From the sequence record PZ386951.1: a DNA stretch of 64,000 bases. One strand, 5' to 3'. A program made the translations under genes and the position numbers. Below, in pieces: positions 20,257-29,750 of this stretch. Numbering within the stretch: the first letter of the stretch is position 1; each line of letters starts with the position of its first letter. Origin of the DNA: a phage. The notes below the pieces were generated by a model. The model had not been told where the DNA came from and searched no databases. It was given only the letters and a program-made list of their open reading frames with translations.

Positions 20257-21258
20257 TTACTTAATTAACTGTAAAGCTTGTTCAAGACGATCAAGACGAT
20301 TAACGGATTCTTCCCAAATCTTTTTAGCCTGCTCATATTCTTTCTGCGCTTTATTAGAAATTTCTAGAGCTTCTTTATAAGCTTTTTCTAGTGCAATAAC
20401 TTCTGGACGAATTTCTATCGGTTCAGGTGAATCGTCAAGACATTCCATTAGTTCCTCAAGGGTAGTTTCTTCTTTAGGAGTATTCACAATTTCATCACAT
20501 TTTTGTTGATAAATTTCTTTATCAGTAGGTGAGTACGCGCACTTTACTTCACGAAGACTAATTACAATTTTATATCCTTCCCAACCGCATATATTCTTAA
20601 AAGGATAAGTATGAATATTTTCTACTGTTTCCATACAAAGTAATGCGGTCTCTAATTGACGAGTTATAGTGCTAGCAATTGAGAAAAATTTATTAATATT
20701 CTTTTGGTTAGTTTCTGGTGTAAAAAATCCATAATTCACAAAAATAGATACTTTATTTTTATCAAGTTCATATTCTTTTATGATAATCATATCAGAAGCC
20801 AAAGGATGAATTTGACGATAATCGCCATAACATAATTTAGAAGCTGATTTTAGAATCTGTCCTTTGAAAAGTCTGAAATTACTAATCCAACGACGAGTAA
20901 AAATATTCTCAGGGTCTTCTTTATTATTAAGATGATAAGAATTAACATCACCGAACCAATTATATCCTACTACATCTTTGGTTCGTTTAATTTCTTTCCC
21001 AAAATTACCAAGAATATCCCGATTAACCAAATATGAAAGAAGACGAGACTCTTTAAAGGTTTTCTTGATAAGATCTTTATCTACACGGCTAGAAATTTTA
21101 CGAATTTCATGAATAAATTTAGTAGAAGAAACAATACTTGCATCAACACTATTGAGCCATTGATTGATAATAGAAAGAACGATATTTTGACCAAACATCG
21201 GTATAGCTTTATCATCAATAACGCTATTGAATGATTTGATATATTCGTTACGAGTCAT
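20257..21258 (-). CDS. hypothetical protein with C-terminal coiled coil (tandem family member 2)
   Basis: Start taken at MTRNEYIKSFNSVI so an early promoter lies upstream; N-terminal YIxxFxSxI and SRLLS motifs shared with member 1. Confidence 0.5.
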   Translation of the reverse strand: MTRNEYIKSFNSVIDDKAIPMFGQNIVLSIINQWLNSVDASIVSSTKFIHEIRKISSRVDKDLIKKTFKESRLLSYLVNRDILGNFGKEIKRTKDVVGYNWFGDVNSYHLNNKEDPENIFTRRWISNFRLFKGQILKSASKLCYGDYRQIHPLASDMIIIKEYELDKNKVSIFVNYGFFTPETNQKNINKFFSIASTITRQLETALLCMETVENIHTYPFKNICGWEGYKIVISLREVKCAYSPTDKEIYQQKCDEIVNTPKEETTLEELMECLDDSPEPIEIRPEVIALEKAYKEALEISNKAQKEYEQAKKIWEESVNRLDRLEQALQLIK

Positions 21259-21286
21259 ATTAATCTCCTCAGTAGAAAGTAAGAAC

Positions 21287-21316
21287 ATTATACCACATCC
21301 TTGTGGCAAAGTAAAC
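21287..21316 (-). promoter_or_regulatory. sigma70-type early promoter (minus strand)
   Basis: On minus strand GTTTAC, 18-nt spacer, TATAAT. Confidence 0.5.
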
Positions 21317-22344
21317 TAGTTCAGTGCATTTAGTGCATTGTTCAGTTTAGAACGTTGCTTTGTCAGATTTTGAACCCTTGACTGAGCTTGTTCTAACACC
21401 TTTTCAGCTTCTAGCACTTCATTAGTTGCTTTAACGAGTTCATCATCTACTGCCTTAAGAGACTTCTCAATCGCGTCAGCGTGCCATTTTTCTACAGGTT
21501 TAAAATTTGAATTTTCAGTAGGAAGAAAACTCACTTTATTAAGTTTACATGCATCTATATTGCTTGAGCTATACATCCAAAATTTAGGATCGTTTGATAA
21601 GTAATTGGATAAATTTAAATTTAAGTTATCTTGTACTTCCTGCTTTTTCTCTTGCGGGACTTCGTCCTTTCTCAAAAAATCGTATTTAAATGAAACGATC
21701 ATATCAAGTTCATATGATGTTGTATCTAATTTAAATCGTTCAAAACGAGGTAAAATCTTAGATTGAACAGCAGCAACAACATCCATATACTTAAATGCTT
21801 CTGTCAACTGTGATTTAAGGCATTCACAAATTGAAAGAGAATTTTTTGTATTAGGTTTAAAACTAATTCGCGCAGTTCTATTATTTTCTTTTAACGGTCT
21901 TACTTCCATCTGAAGAGTATAACCATCAAATTTCAGATTCTTTAAGTTAATATCAGAGCCTTTTAATCGACTAGAAGTAGACAAAATTTGCTTTAATTGT
22001 TTACGGAATAGAGCAATAAATCTCCATTCAATACGATAATGATTTGGATTGAAAAATCCAGATGATAAATCGACCTTACTCTGACCAACACCTTGAACAA
22101 ATAGAGGATTTTTATAATCAATAGTTTTACAGAAATCGGTGAGCTGCTCACGAGCAGTCATTTGCGTAATATACCCTGCTTTACTAAAATTACGCACCCA
22201 TTCACTGCTATTCGTATACTTAAAGTGATGAATAACACGATTAACTTTATCAGGGTCTAAATTATTTTCACACAAAAATGTCATAACATCACGAGTATAA
22301 CTGGCATTACGAACCATATCTTCAATTTGAGAACGAGTTTTCAT
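21316..22344 (-). CDS. hypothetical protein with C-terminal coiled coil (tandem family member 3)
   Basis: 342 aa; MKTR N-terminus; C-terminal coiled coil. Confidence 0.5.
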   Translation of the reverse strand: MKTRSQIEDMVRNASYTRDVMTFLCENNLDPDKVNRVIHHFKYTNSSEWVRNFSKAGYITQMTAREQLTDFCKTIDYKNPLFVQGVGQSKVDLSSGFFNPNHYRIEWRFIALFRKQLKQILSTSSRLKGSDINLKNLKFDGYTLQMEVRPLKENNRTARISFKPNTKNSLSICECLKSQLTEAFKYMDVVAAVQSKILPRFERFKLDTTSYELDMIVSFKYDFLRKDEVPQEKKQEVQDNLNLNLSNYLSNDPKFWMYSSSNIDACKLNKVSFLPTENSNFKPVEKWHADAIEKSLKAVDDELVKATNEVLEAEKVLEQAQSRVQNLTKQRSKLNNALNALN

Positions 22345-22352
22345 AGTGTTCC

Positions 22353-23261
22353 TTAAGATTTAAGTAAATCAACAATTTTAATTAACTTTTCACGCTCAGA
22401 TTTAGCTTTACTACTCAATCCAGATAGTCTGAAAATTTCATCGTCATACTGTTGAATAGAAATATTCAGCTCTTCAATTTGCTTATTAAAATAATCAATT
22501 TGTTCAGAATGTTTTTCGTTACTACGAACTGGTACATGTTTTGTAGGTAATTTAGATGAACTGGATTCATCCGGGCGATAAATTAAAATACAACTTGAAC
22601 CAATCGGGCATTTTGCACCAGACGAATATTCTAATGTTCCGGCTTCTTTTAAAACTTCAAAAGCTAAACAGAGATGATGTCCCATATTAACATAATCTGT
22701 AGAGCGAGCTCTGATATAATAATCATCGCCGCGAATACTAAATTTAAAGCATTTAAGGTCTTCTGTATTATTGGTCTTAAAAATCATTTGTTTATCTAGA
22801 CCTTTAGCTAATCGAGCGCCTAATGCTAATAATCGTCGTTGATTTTCCCACAAATCTGCGATCATTTGGTCAAATGATAATTTCGGCATTAGTCGACCGT
22901 AAAGATCATAGCCTTTATTATAATTGCGAAGGATTTCACTCGCATTAATACGAGACAACGCTCCAATTTTATTAAGGGCTTTCATAATGCGATTAGATAA
23001 ACCCATTCCAGACCCGTTTGTTCGTTGTAAATGTTTATCTAATCCAAACCCAATATCAACTTTAAATTTATCTAAAATTTCAGCATGAACATCTCTGTCA
23101 ATAACATTCAAATCCAAAGTTGGGTTAAATCTATGAAAAAATTTATCTGGCTCTCCACGACGAAGTACAGTCCATTCATTCAATTTTTTATTAACTAAAG
23201 ATTTAATTACTGCATTGACATTATTAATTACGACTGACATATTTTCCTCACTCAATTTCAA
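22353..23261 (-). CDS. hypothetical protein with C-terminal coiled coil (tandem family member 4)
   Basis: 302 aa; C-terminal coiled coil. Confidence 0.5.
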   Translation of the reverse strand: MKLSEENMSVVINNVNAVIKSLVNKKLNEWTVLRRGEPDKFFHRFNPTLDLNVIDRDVHAEILDKFKVDIGFGLDKHLQRTNGSGMGLSNRIMKALNKIGALSRINASEILRNYNKGYDLYGRLMPKLSFDQMIADLWENQRRLLALGARLAKGLDKQMIFKTNNTEDLKCFKFSIRGDDYYIRARSTDYVNMGHHLCLAFEVLKEAGTLEYSSGAKCPIGSSCILIYRPDESSSSKLPTKHVPVRSNEKHSEQIDYFNKQIEELNISIQQYDDEIFRLSGLSSKAKSEREKLIKIVDLLKS

Positions 23262-23655
23262 TTTTACTAAATATACAGAATAAGATGGAACAGACTATAT
23301 AAGCACCACACACAGATTGAACTAATACCATTCCAAAGAACCAAATAATATTATCAAACAATGTCTGTTTTACGTCGAAAGGACGTAAACTTACAGTAAT
23401 ATTATCACCTTTTTCTATTGAAGAATACATCTCTGGGGAAATATATTCACTAAATCTATAACCGTCTTTGAGTTCATATACAGCAATAAATGATAAACTA
23501 GACCCCTTTCCTTGAGTTCCTGTAATGGTATTAACTACAGTAACATCATAATCTTTATAATGCATATAATCATTAATTGCGTAATAACCATATGCAATTA
23601 CTATACATAAACAACATATCAATAAATTCAATCTTTTAATTATCAACCGTTTCAT
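23248..23655 (-). CDS. membrane protein
   Basis: 135 aa with N- and C-terminal hydrophobic helices. Confidence 0.45.
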   Translation of the reverse strand: MKRLIIKRLNLLICCLCIVIAYGYYAINDYMHYKDYDVTVVNTITGTQGKGSSLSFIAVYELKDGYRFSEYISPEMYSSIEKGDNITVSLRPFDVKQTLFDNIIWFFGMVLVQSVCGAYIVCSILFCIFSKIEIE

Positions 23656-23710
23656 AATAATCTCAATTAAAAGGGCTTAGAACCATTATACCATCCTTGG
23701 TATAAAGCGG

Positions 23711-24238
23711 TTATGCGAGTACCGTCTTTAACCGTTCTTCAAACTTCCGAAGAGTATTTTGGCGTTCAGCTCTTTGCTTTTTGTAAGTTTCAATACGCTC
23801 TGAAATGAGAGTGTATCGTTCATTTACTGATTCTTTCATAAAATCAGGAATTTCACGAGAAGTTTTAATCTCGTCAAATTTATCAATAACAGCTTGCTCT
23901 TCAGCAATTAAGTTATCATACATCAAAATATCTTTCTTGATGAACTCAATATCTTCTTGAGTTACACGAGATAATTTAGATGCTTTATCCTTTTTGTACT
24001 GTTCGTTAGTATCACGAGACCAGTGTAATGTACGATTTTTATTCGTATTCTTGTAAATTTCTACAATACCAATCTCATCGATAATAACGATCCAATTCCA
24101 ACGGGATTTGTAAATTTGTCCTCCATCAACAGTGATTTCACCTCCGATTGAGATGTCATTAAAGAACTTGCTTTGTGCTTCTGATTTAAATTTACCATCG
24201 TTGTAATTTACCAGGTTGAAAATATCTTTAGCGTTCAT
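23711..24238 (-). CDS. hypothetical protein
   Basis: 175-aa ORF downstream of an early promoter. Confidence 0.45.
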   Translation of the reverse strand: MNAKDIFNLVNYNDGKFKSEAQSKFFNDISIGGEITVDGGQIYKSRWNWIVIIDEIGIVEIYKNTNKNRTLHWSRDTNEQYKKDKASKLSRVTQEDIEFIKKDILMYDNLIAEEQAVIDKFDEIKTSREIPDFMKESVNERYTLISERIETYKKQRAERQNTLRKFEERLKTVLA

Positions 24239-24266
24239 TTTGTGTTCCTCCGTAGTTGATAGTTGT

Positions 24267-24296
24267 ATAGTACCACAGAGGAACAGTCTTGTAAAC
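24267..24296 (-). promoter_or_regulatory. sigma70-type early promoter within a repeated cassette
   Basis: On minus strand GTTTAC, 18-nt spacer, TACTAT; plus-strand motif gtagttgatagttgtatagtacc also at 25696 and 41073. Confidence 0.5.
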
Positions 24297-24298
24297 CA

Positions 24299-24613
24299 CT
24301 AAAAGAAACTTCTTTCACAATTTTTTCCACTGAACCATGCGCTCACTGCTTTCTTAGTCTCAGGAGCGGTGTTATCCATAAACCATTCAAAGGCAGCCTT
24401 TTTATGATTCTGGAGGGCTTCTCGGGCTTTAATCTGCTCACGGTCTATTAACACTAACATATGAGCCTTTCTTGTCACCAAGGGCTTCTTATGATTTTTT
24501 GAATACTCCCAATCATTTGTCCATCGCATCGTTGTTGCGAATTGAAATACAGCTTCTTTAATTTTAGTTTCGTAAATTTCACGAGCCTTTGAGTATAACA
24601 TCACTACCTCCAT
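24299..24613 (-). CDS. hypothetical protein
   Basis: 104-aa ORF. Confidence 0.4.
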   Translation of the reverse strand: MEVVMLYSKAREIYETKIKEAVFQFATTMRWTNDWEYSKNHKKPLVTRKAHMLVLIDREQIKAREALQNHKKAAFEWFMDNTAPETKKAVSAWFSGKNCERSFF

Positions 24614-24703
24614 TTACCAGTTTAATTCTAATCATCTTTTTGATGGCAGTCCATATAATCTATTTCTGAACTGCCTTTTTGTCATAGAAGTCCTCTTATG
24701 AAT

Positions 24704-25672
24704 TTATTTCAGAAGAGTAACCTCAGCAATTTCTTCCCAACCGTTTTTGTCGGTCATAATAAAGTCAGCAAGATAAAGTGCAGTACGCAGTGAAACATTG
24801 CGTAAACGATTAACATTGACTTTCATCCATGATAATGCTTTATAAGTTTCTTCATCAGAAAGACCGCGCTTTTGCATCATGTCAGTTGAAAGAATAACAT
24901 CTTCAACCCTGACCATAATTTCTTCATTAGTGTGAACACCCAAATCCAAATAAACTGAGCGGGACACTAATGCTTGTAAATGTGGAGCAAGTTTAGTACC
25001 ACGGTCTAATTCGCGGTCAATGTCAACGTTTGTGATAAAAACAATCGTTCCTTTAAATTCAAACTCACGCTCAATGCCTTTTTCTTCTAAGTAAGAAGAT
25101 GCAGTGCTCCAGCAGACTTTACGGGTCTCTCCGGTGTCCAGAGCAGCTTTCAGAAGATTAAGAATGTCCATATCAGAGAAAACATCCACATCATCAATCA
25201 AAAGGACAGAATTCTCTTCACGATTATTCCAGAGCTGTTCATAAAGACCGATACCAGAGATTTTACCGTTAATGCTTTTATACTCAATGTATCCAATATC
25301 ATTTGCTTTATTTAAAGCTTTATCTAAAGAATACGTTTTACCAATACCCGCCGCACCAGAGATAATTAATGAACGAATGTTTCCGTTAATAATACCATTC
25401 GTCATCATTCCCATAACATTAAATCTTTTATTAATGCGGGTTTTCATATCTTCATATGATTCTTTAACTTCTTCAACTTTTACACCATCATATGAAATGT
25501 CTGATTTGTAAACCCAAACACCACGACGTTTACCGTCAATTTCAACAAAAACTTTACCATCTCCTTGTGCATCTACCGGAGCATTATCTGGGAACCATTC
25601 GCCTAAGAGCTCAAAAGTTCCAGAGATTTCTTTACCGAAGTAGATACCCTTATTGATAGTTACAGTTTTCAT
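24704..25672 (-). CDS. putative AAA-type P-loop ATPase
   Basis: Start taken at MKTVTINKG (322 aa); Walker A GAAGIGKT, Walker B VLLIDDVD, sensor-like TIVFITN. Confidence 0.55.
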   Translation of the reverse strand: MKTVTINKGIYFGKEISGTFELLGEWFPDNAPVDAQGDGKVFVEIDGKRRGVWVYKSDISYDGVKVEEVKESYEDMKTRINKRFNVMGMMTNGIINGNIRSLIISGAAGIGKTYSLDKALNKANDIGYIEYKSINGKISGIGLYEQLWNNREENSVLLIDDVDVFSDMDILNLLKAALDTGETRKVCWSTASSYLEEKGIEREFEFKGTIVFITNVDIDRELDRGTKLAPHLQALVSRSVYLDLGVHTNEEIMVRVEDVILSTDMMQKRGLSDEETYKALSWMKVNVNRLRNVSLRTALYLADFIMTDKNGWEEIAEVTLLK

Positions 25673-25710
25673 TTTTATTCTCCAAATCTGTATCAGTAGT
25701 TGATAGTTGT

Positions 25711-25740
25711 ATAGTACCATAAAGCTTTATGCTTGTAAAC
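25711..25740 (-). promoter_or_regulatory. sigma70-type early promoter within a repeated cassette
   Basis: On minus strand GTTTAC, 18-nt spacer, TACTAT. Confidence 0.5.
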
Positions 25741-25770
25741 AACTTTGTGAAAAATTTTTGAAATAAAAAT

Positions 25771-25786
25771 GGAGCCCGAAGGCTCC
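25771..25786 (-). promoter_or_regulatory. GC stem-loop (UUCG loop) downstream of the nucleotidyltransferase ORF
   Basis: ggagcc cgaa ggctcc inverted repeat. Confidence 0.45.
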
Positions 25787-25789
25787 CTA

Positions 25790-26803
25790 TCATTTATAAT
25801 AACTTCGGTGGTTTTCAAGATAGACCTTCTCAAGGAAGTCATCCCAGAAACTCATGTCTACTTTTTGCTGCATACCGTTCTTAGAAGCTTCAGTAGATGC
25901 TGCTTCTACTTGATCGACCACATCTTCCAAAAACTCTTGAACCGTTTTAAATGGATGTTTACCCAACTTCACGTCGAGAATAAATGGAGCATCTTGGAGT
26001 GGATAAACTAAGTCGCCAGTTTTGTAAATTTCCAATAGTTGGAGTCCACCACGGCAAGCATGACTCAGAGCTTTCCAGTCAATACCTTCATTGGCTTCGG
26101 CCTTACGAGCACGTTCACCATATTCAGCATCTAATTTGTTCAGTGACTGCTTAAGCTCAATAAGAGAAAGCGTTGTCTGATATTTACGACCCAACACAGT
26201 GTAGAACGTTTGTGGGCCTGTTTTCTCATGATTATGGAACACCCATTCACAGAATTCGTTTTCTGGAAGACGATGCTTAATATCTTCAACTTTAGTGCGA
26301 CGCTGCTTAATGGAACCGTCTTCTTGGTAATCAACCCATTGCTCGGGGATTTGATTAACTACTTTCAATACATCACGTAATGCAGCCAAACGAGAACCCT
26401 TGACACCGTATTTAGAAGCTTGCTTGCGGACATATCCTAAATAGGATTTCATGTTAGTCGTATAAAAACGAGAACGGTTGTCTTGAATAAACTTCCACAC
26501 GTCAGGCAAATCAGATTTAACAACTAGTTCAGGTGGAGTGTGGAGCATATCCAATGCTACAGTTTCACCATCTGCTGCTAATTTAAAGAAATACTTAAGA
26601 CTATACAATTCGTGGTCAATATCATCTTTAGTGTTTTTAGATGATGTGTTGTTGGTATTTTTACTCATATGCTCTTTAACATTTCCGATAAGAATATCGC
26701 GAGCAGGAGGAATAAAGATTTCTTTAAAATCTACATCAGATTCTGGAGTAGAAGTTCCATAAAGATGACTACCAAAATAGCTTTTCATTACTGTTTTCAT
26801 CAT
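25790..26803 (-). CDS. putative Pol-beta-superfamily nucleotidyltransferase
   Basis: 337 aa; N-terminal GSHLYGTSTPESDVDF fits the GS-x(9-13)-D-x-D NTase signature, with a further acidic residue in DDIDHE. Confidence 0.55.
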   Translation of the reverse strand: MMKTVMKSYFGSHLYGTSTPESDVDFKEIFIPPARDILIGNVKEHMSKNTNNTSSKNTKDDIDHELYSLKYFFKLAADGETVALDMLHTPPELVVKSDLPDVWKFIQDNRSRFYTTNMKSYLGYVRKQASKYGVKGSRLAALRDVLKVVNQIPEQWVDYQEDGSIKQRRTKVEDIKHRLPENEFCEWVFHNHEKTGPQTFYTVLGRKYQTTLSLIELKQSLNKLDAEYGERARKAEANEGIDWKALSHACRGGLQLLEIYKTGDLVYPLQDAPFILDVKLGKHPFKTVQEFLEDVVDQVEAASTEASKNGMQQKVDMSFWDDFLEKVYLENHRSYYK

Positions 26804-27261
26804 TCAGCCTTATATTCAATAACAGGACATACTTTAGCTTTACGCGCTTTTAAAAATTCGACGATAACCGATTTCTTGGGTTGAATAGGAGGTAAACCCT
26901 TATACGCCCTATCAATATTTTCTACATGTAAAGCATAATCCTTTTTCCATTTATAATCTTTATATTTTTCATGCAGTTGTGCAGGAATAACAAATGAACC
27001 AATAATAAGTAAAACAAGCAAAATGGCAAGTATAAATGCTGATGGAATAAGAGTCCATAAACTACCAAAAATAAGCCATTTCTGTATGATTTCTGCGCAG
27101 ATAATAGTTAGACCTGCGAGTATAGTACATCCGAAAAAAGAAACGAAAAATGTAGGAATAACAATAGACCAAAAGTATGCACACAGTGTCTTAGGTCGTT
27201 TCCATTCGTCGTTAAACATTTTGAATAATTTATAATGCCAAGAGCTTTCATTAATAATCAT
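26800..27261 (-). CDS. membrane protein, translationally coupled to the nucleotidyltransferase
   Basis: 153 aa with 3-4 predicted TM helices; stop overlaps NTase start by 4 nt. Confidence 0.5.
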   Translation of the reverse strand: MIINESSWHYKLFKMFNDEWKRPKTLCAYFWSIVIPTFFVSFFGCTILAGLTIICAEIIQKWLIFGSLWTLIPSAFILAILLVLLIIGSFVIPAQLHEKYKDYKWKKDYALHVENIDRAYKGLPPIQPKKSVIVEFLKARKAKVCPVIEYKAE

Positions 27262-27263
27262 AA

Positions 27264-27785
27264 TTATCCTTTCATTGAAGGTGTAACAGTTGTTAAATAC
27301 TTAATCATAGCTTCAGCTTCTGATTTTGACAATGAAATTTCTCCATTGTTTTGACGAATAGAAATAAAATCCGGATGACGGTCACCACCAGCTTTTAAAA
27401 CACACATATAAGTATCAGTTTCATCTTCAATATCTGAAATGATTGAAGCAGTTCCGCATGAATGTGGTTTTTGATAAATCAATGCAGCTTTTCTTCCACC
27501 GTTTGACTGTTCATAAACTTTTAACACATCAAACAAATCACTTCTTTTATCAATAGCTAAGATGTTGTTTTCATCTTCAATGTTAAATCCTTCGGATACT
27601 TCATAAAGTGTCACCCATAAATCGCCAATATCAATGACAGCATTCACCTTTCCATGATTTTCAAGAGCATTACAAATTTTCTTAATTTCATCATAACTCA
27701 TTTTAATAATATCATCTCCTTGAATAAAGAAGATGTCATTTTTAAATTCAACGCGAATTAAACCACTTTCACTTGAAATAAACAT
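27264..27785 (-). CDS. hypothetical protein (tandem paralog pair, member B)
   Basis: 173 aa; C-terminus SEAEAMIKYLTTVTPSM resembles neighbour. Confidence 0.45.
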   Translation of the reverse strand: MFISSESGLIRVEFKNDIFFIQGDDIIKMSYDEIKKICNALENHGKVNAVIDIGDLWVTLYEVSEGFNIEDENNILAIDKRSDLFDVLKVYEQSNGGRKAALIYQKPHSCGTASIISDIEDETDTYMCVLKAGGDRHPDFISIRQNNGEISLSKSEAEAMIKYLTTVTPSMKG

Positions 27786-27791
27786 ATTTCC

Positions 27792-28349
27792 TCACTTTGA
27801 AATCATAGTTGGAATGACAGAATCAAGATAAGTCTTTAGCGCAATAGCTTCGTCTTTGGTAAATGTGACAATATGCGATCGAAAATCGTCAATTTGACGA
27901 ATAGTTAAGACATCTCCCTCTTCATAACATTTTGATACATTTAAAAGAGTTTCATCATTCTGATTGCAAGCGTTAGTAATAATAGCATTGCAATTTTTGA
28001 GCCATTTTAAACTATGTTTTCTTTCATTAGAATAATAAAAATATTTAATCTTAGCTATAAAACTATCCCAATGGATAACTGATAAACACATTGACTCACT
28101 TTTAATATTAAATCCTGGGCATGAAGAATAAAAATGAATTTTGTGCTCATCATTGATGCTTACTATTTTATCAGTATAAGGATATTCAATTTGGGTTAAA
28201 TGAATAATTTCACTAGGTGTAAAATACATCATATCGTCTTCTTGCGTCAAACGATACATATTATTTACTTTTTCTATAGCCAATTCACCAAAAAGTGGAC
28301 TAACTTCTAATACTAATCGTTTCATATTGATTCTCTTCGACTCGCTCAC
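27792..28349 (-). CDS. hypothetical protein (tandem paralog pair, member A)
   Basis: 185 aa; C-terminus DEAIALKTYLDSVIPTM resembles neighbour. Confidence 0.45.
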   Translation of the reverse strand: MSESKRINMKRLVLEVSPLFGELAIEKVNNMYRLTQEDDMMYFTPSEIIHLTQIEYPYTDKIVSINDEHKIHFYSSCPGFNIKSESMCLSVIHWDSFIAKIKYFYYSNERKHSLKWLKNCNAIITNACNQNDETLLNVSKCYEEGDVLTIRQIDDFRSHIVTFTKDEAIALKTYLDSVIPTMISK

Positions 28350-28679
28350 AATTACATACTCCTTTGAATCATATCAATAATATTGTTCACCAAATTATAA
28401 GTAAACATTGGGTAATTATATTGAATCATCACATACACAACAAACAAAATTTTCATTCTCTTCTCCTTGACAGTTGGCAAGATTACTATACCATAACCTT
28501 GCCAACTTGTAAACCATTAAATGACGTTTTCAATAAAATTCTGAAGCTTTGTATGAGCATCAACCATGATTTTCATTTCTTCCTTTGCGAAAGCTGTACC
28601 TCTTTCCCGAGCAGAATACTCATAGTCAGAAACTGCATTAGCATATTCTTCAATTAGTTTCATTAAAAACATCTGCTTT

Positions 28680-28874
28680 TCAGTTTTCATTATTCCACCT
28701 AATCATTTCAAGGTATTGAACTAACTTAGCTTTGGATTTATCCAAATCCTTTTTAGCTGCTTCTATACCGTCGTATGAATATCCTTCACAATGCTCAACT
28801 GCTAATTGATATGAATCTATTTCAATATCACGTGCTAATTTAATGATTTTTTCAAACTGTTCGCGTGTTAGCAT
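28680..28874 (-). CDS. hypothetical small protein
   Basis: 64-aa ORF. Confidence 0.35.
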   Translation of the reverse strand: MLTREQFEKIIKLARDIEIDSYQLAVEHCEGYSYDGIEAAKKDLDKSKAKLVQYLEMIRWNNEN

Positions 28875-28876
28875 AC

Positions 28877-29116
28877 TTAAACTCTCGTATTATGATCGAT
28901 AATTTCATCAAGAAACATATCTAACGCTTCTAAAGCATTATCAACTTTAGCTTCAAGTTCATCAATACCTTTATTTGCAATGCCTGACGAAAACCAAGCA
29001 AAGTCACTAAGTTCCTCATCTGCTTTACGAATTGAAGCCACTAATTCCTTGATTTTATCTGCTTGCTCTATACTAATCATTATTCCACCACATATGAAAG
29101 AGAGAATATTGCACAC
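28877..29116 (-). CDS. hypothetical small protein
   Basis: 79-aa ORF. Confidence 0.35.
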
Positions 29117-29268
29117 GCCATGTGAGTTGCAACTTCATCACACATATTATAACGTTTCTTAAGAAGTTCTACAAGTTCTTCACTAGTGACTTCATCCATG
29201 TCGACGAAAAAATCGCCATTAATGATGACATAGATATTTCCTTCTTGATTAAGTGCTTCAATTTTCAT
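29080..29268 (-). CDS. hypothetical small protein
   Basis: 62-aa ORF downstream of an early promoter. Confidence 0.35.
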
Positions 29269-29296
29269 GATGTTCTCCTCTTTATCCGATGGTTGT

Positions 29297-29326
29297 ATAG
29301 TACCGCGGCTCAGACGGAAAGTAAAC
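29297..29326 (-). promoter_or_regulatory. sigma70-type early promoter
   Basis: On minus strand GTTTAC, 18-nt spacer, TACTAT. Confidence 0.5.
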
Positions 29327-29341
29327 CGGTAAAATGAAAAA

Positions 29342-29359
29342 AGTCTCCCGAAGGAGACT
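29342..29359 (-). promoter_or_regulatory. GC stem-loop (UUCG loop)
   Basis: agtctcc cgaa ggagact inverted repeat just downstream of the preceding ORF. Confidence 0.45.
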
Positions 29360-29363
29360 AATG

Positions 29364-29750
29364 TTATTCGAGGGAAAGAAGATACTTACTCTGGTAAAAC
29401 ATTCCAGTAATATCATCTATCGTGCTTTGGATGGCTGGAGGCATTTCTTTATAAATGCTGTTAGATTGGTCTAGTATGCGATCAATCATTTTAATTGTGT
29501 CGGTAGGAAGTTTACTGGCATCTGGAATTGAAGGCGTGTATTTTCTACCAGAATACCCCAAATATTGCTCACCAAATTTATCAATCAAATCTGGCAACTC
29601 GGAGAAAATAAAATCGTATGCTTTGTGTCTAGCATAACTTTTAGTTTCAAAATGTGCAGAATGAAAATAAGCTTGTGCAGCCATTAATAAACCTAAGTAT
29701 TCATCTGCCTTTGAAGGTTTTCCACTTTGTGAAAAGTCGCTGAATTTCAT
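29364..29750 (-). CDS. hypothetical protein (rI.-1 position)
   Basis: 128-aa ORF; start overlaps rI stop by 4 nt. Confidence 0.5.

Noticed and set aside
25790-26803. Calling the nucleotidyltransferase a cGAS/DncV-like cyclase of a phage-borne CBASS system
   Set aside because: The GS...DxD motif is generic to the Pol-beta superfamily, and no effector or Cap-like partners are adjacent; kept only as an uncharacterised NTase.
28364-28657. 97-aa plus-strand ORF in the gap upstream of the 185-aa paralog
   Set aside because: Only plus-strand candidate in a 48-kb minus-strand block; His/Ile/Asn-rich junk-like translation; region more likely holds an early promoter (GTTTAC near 28478-28483 on the minus strand).
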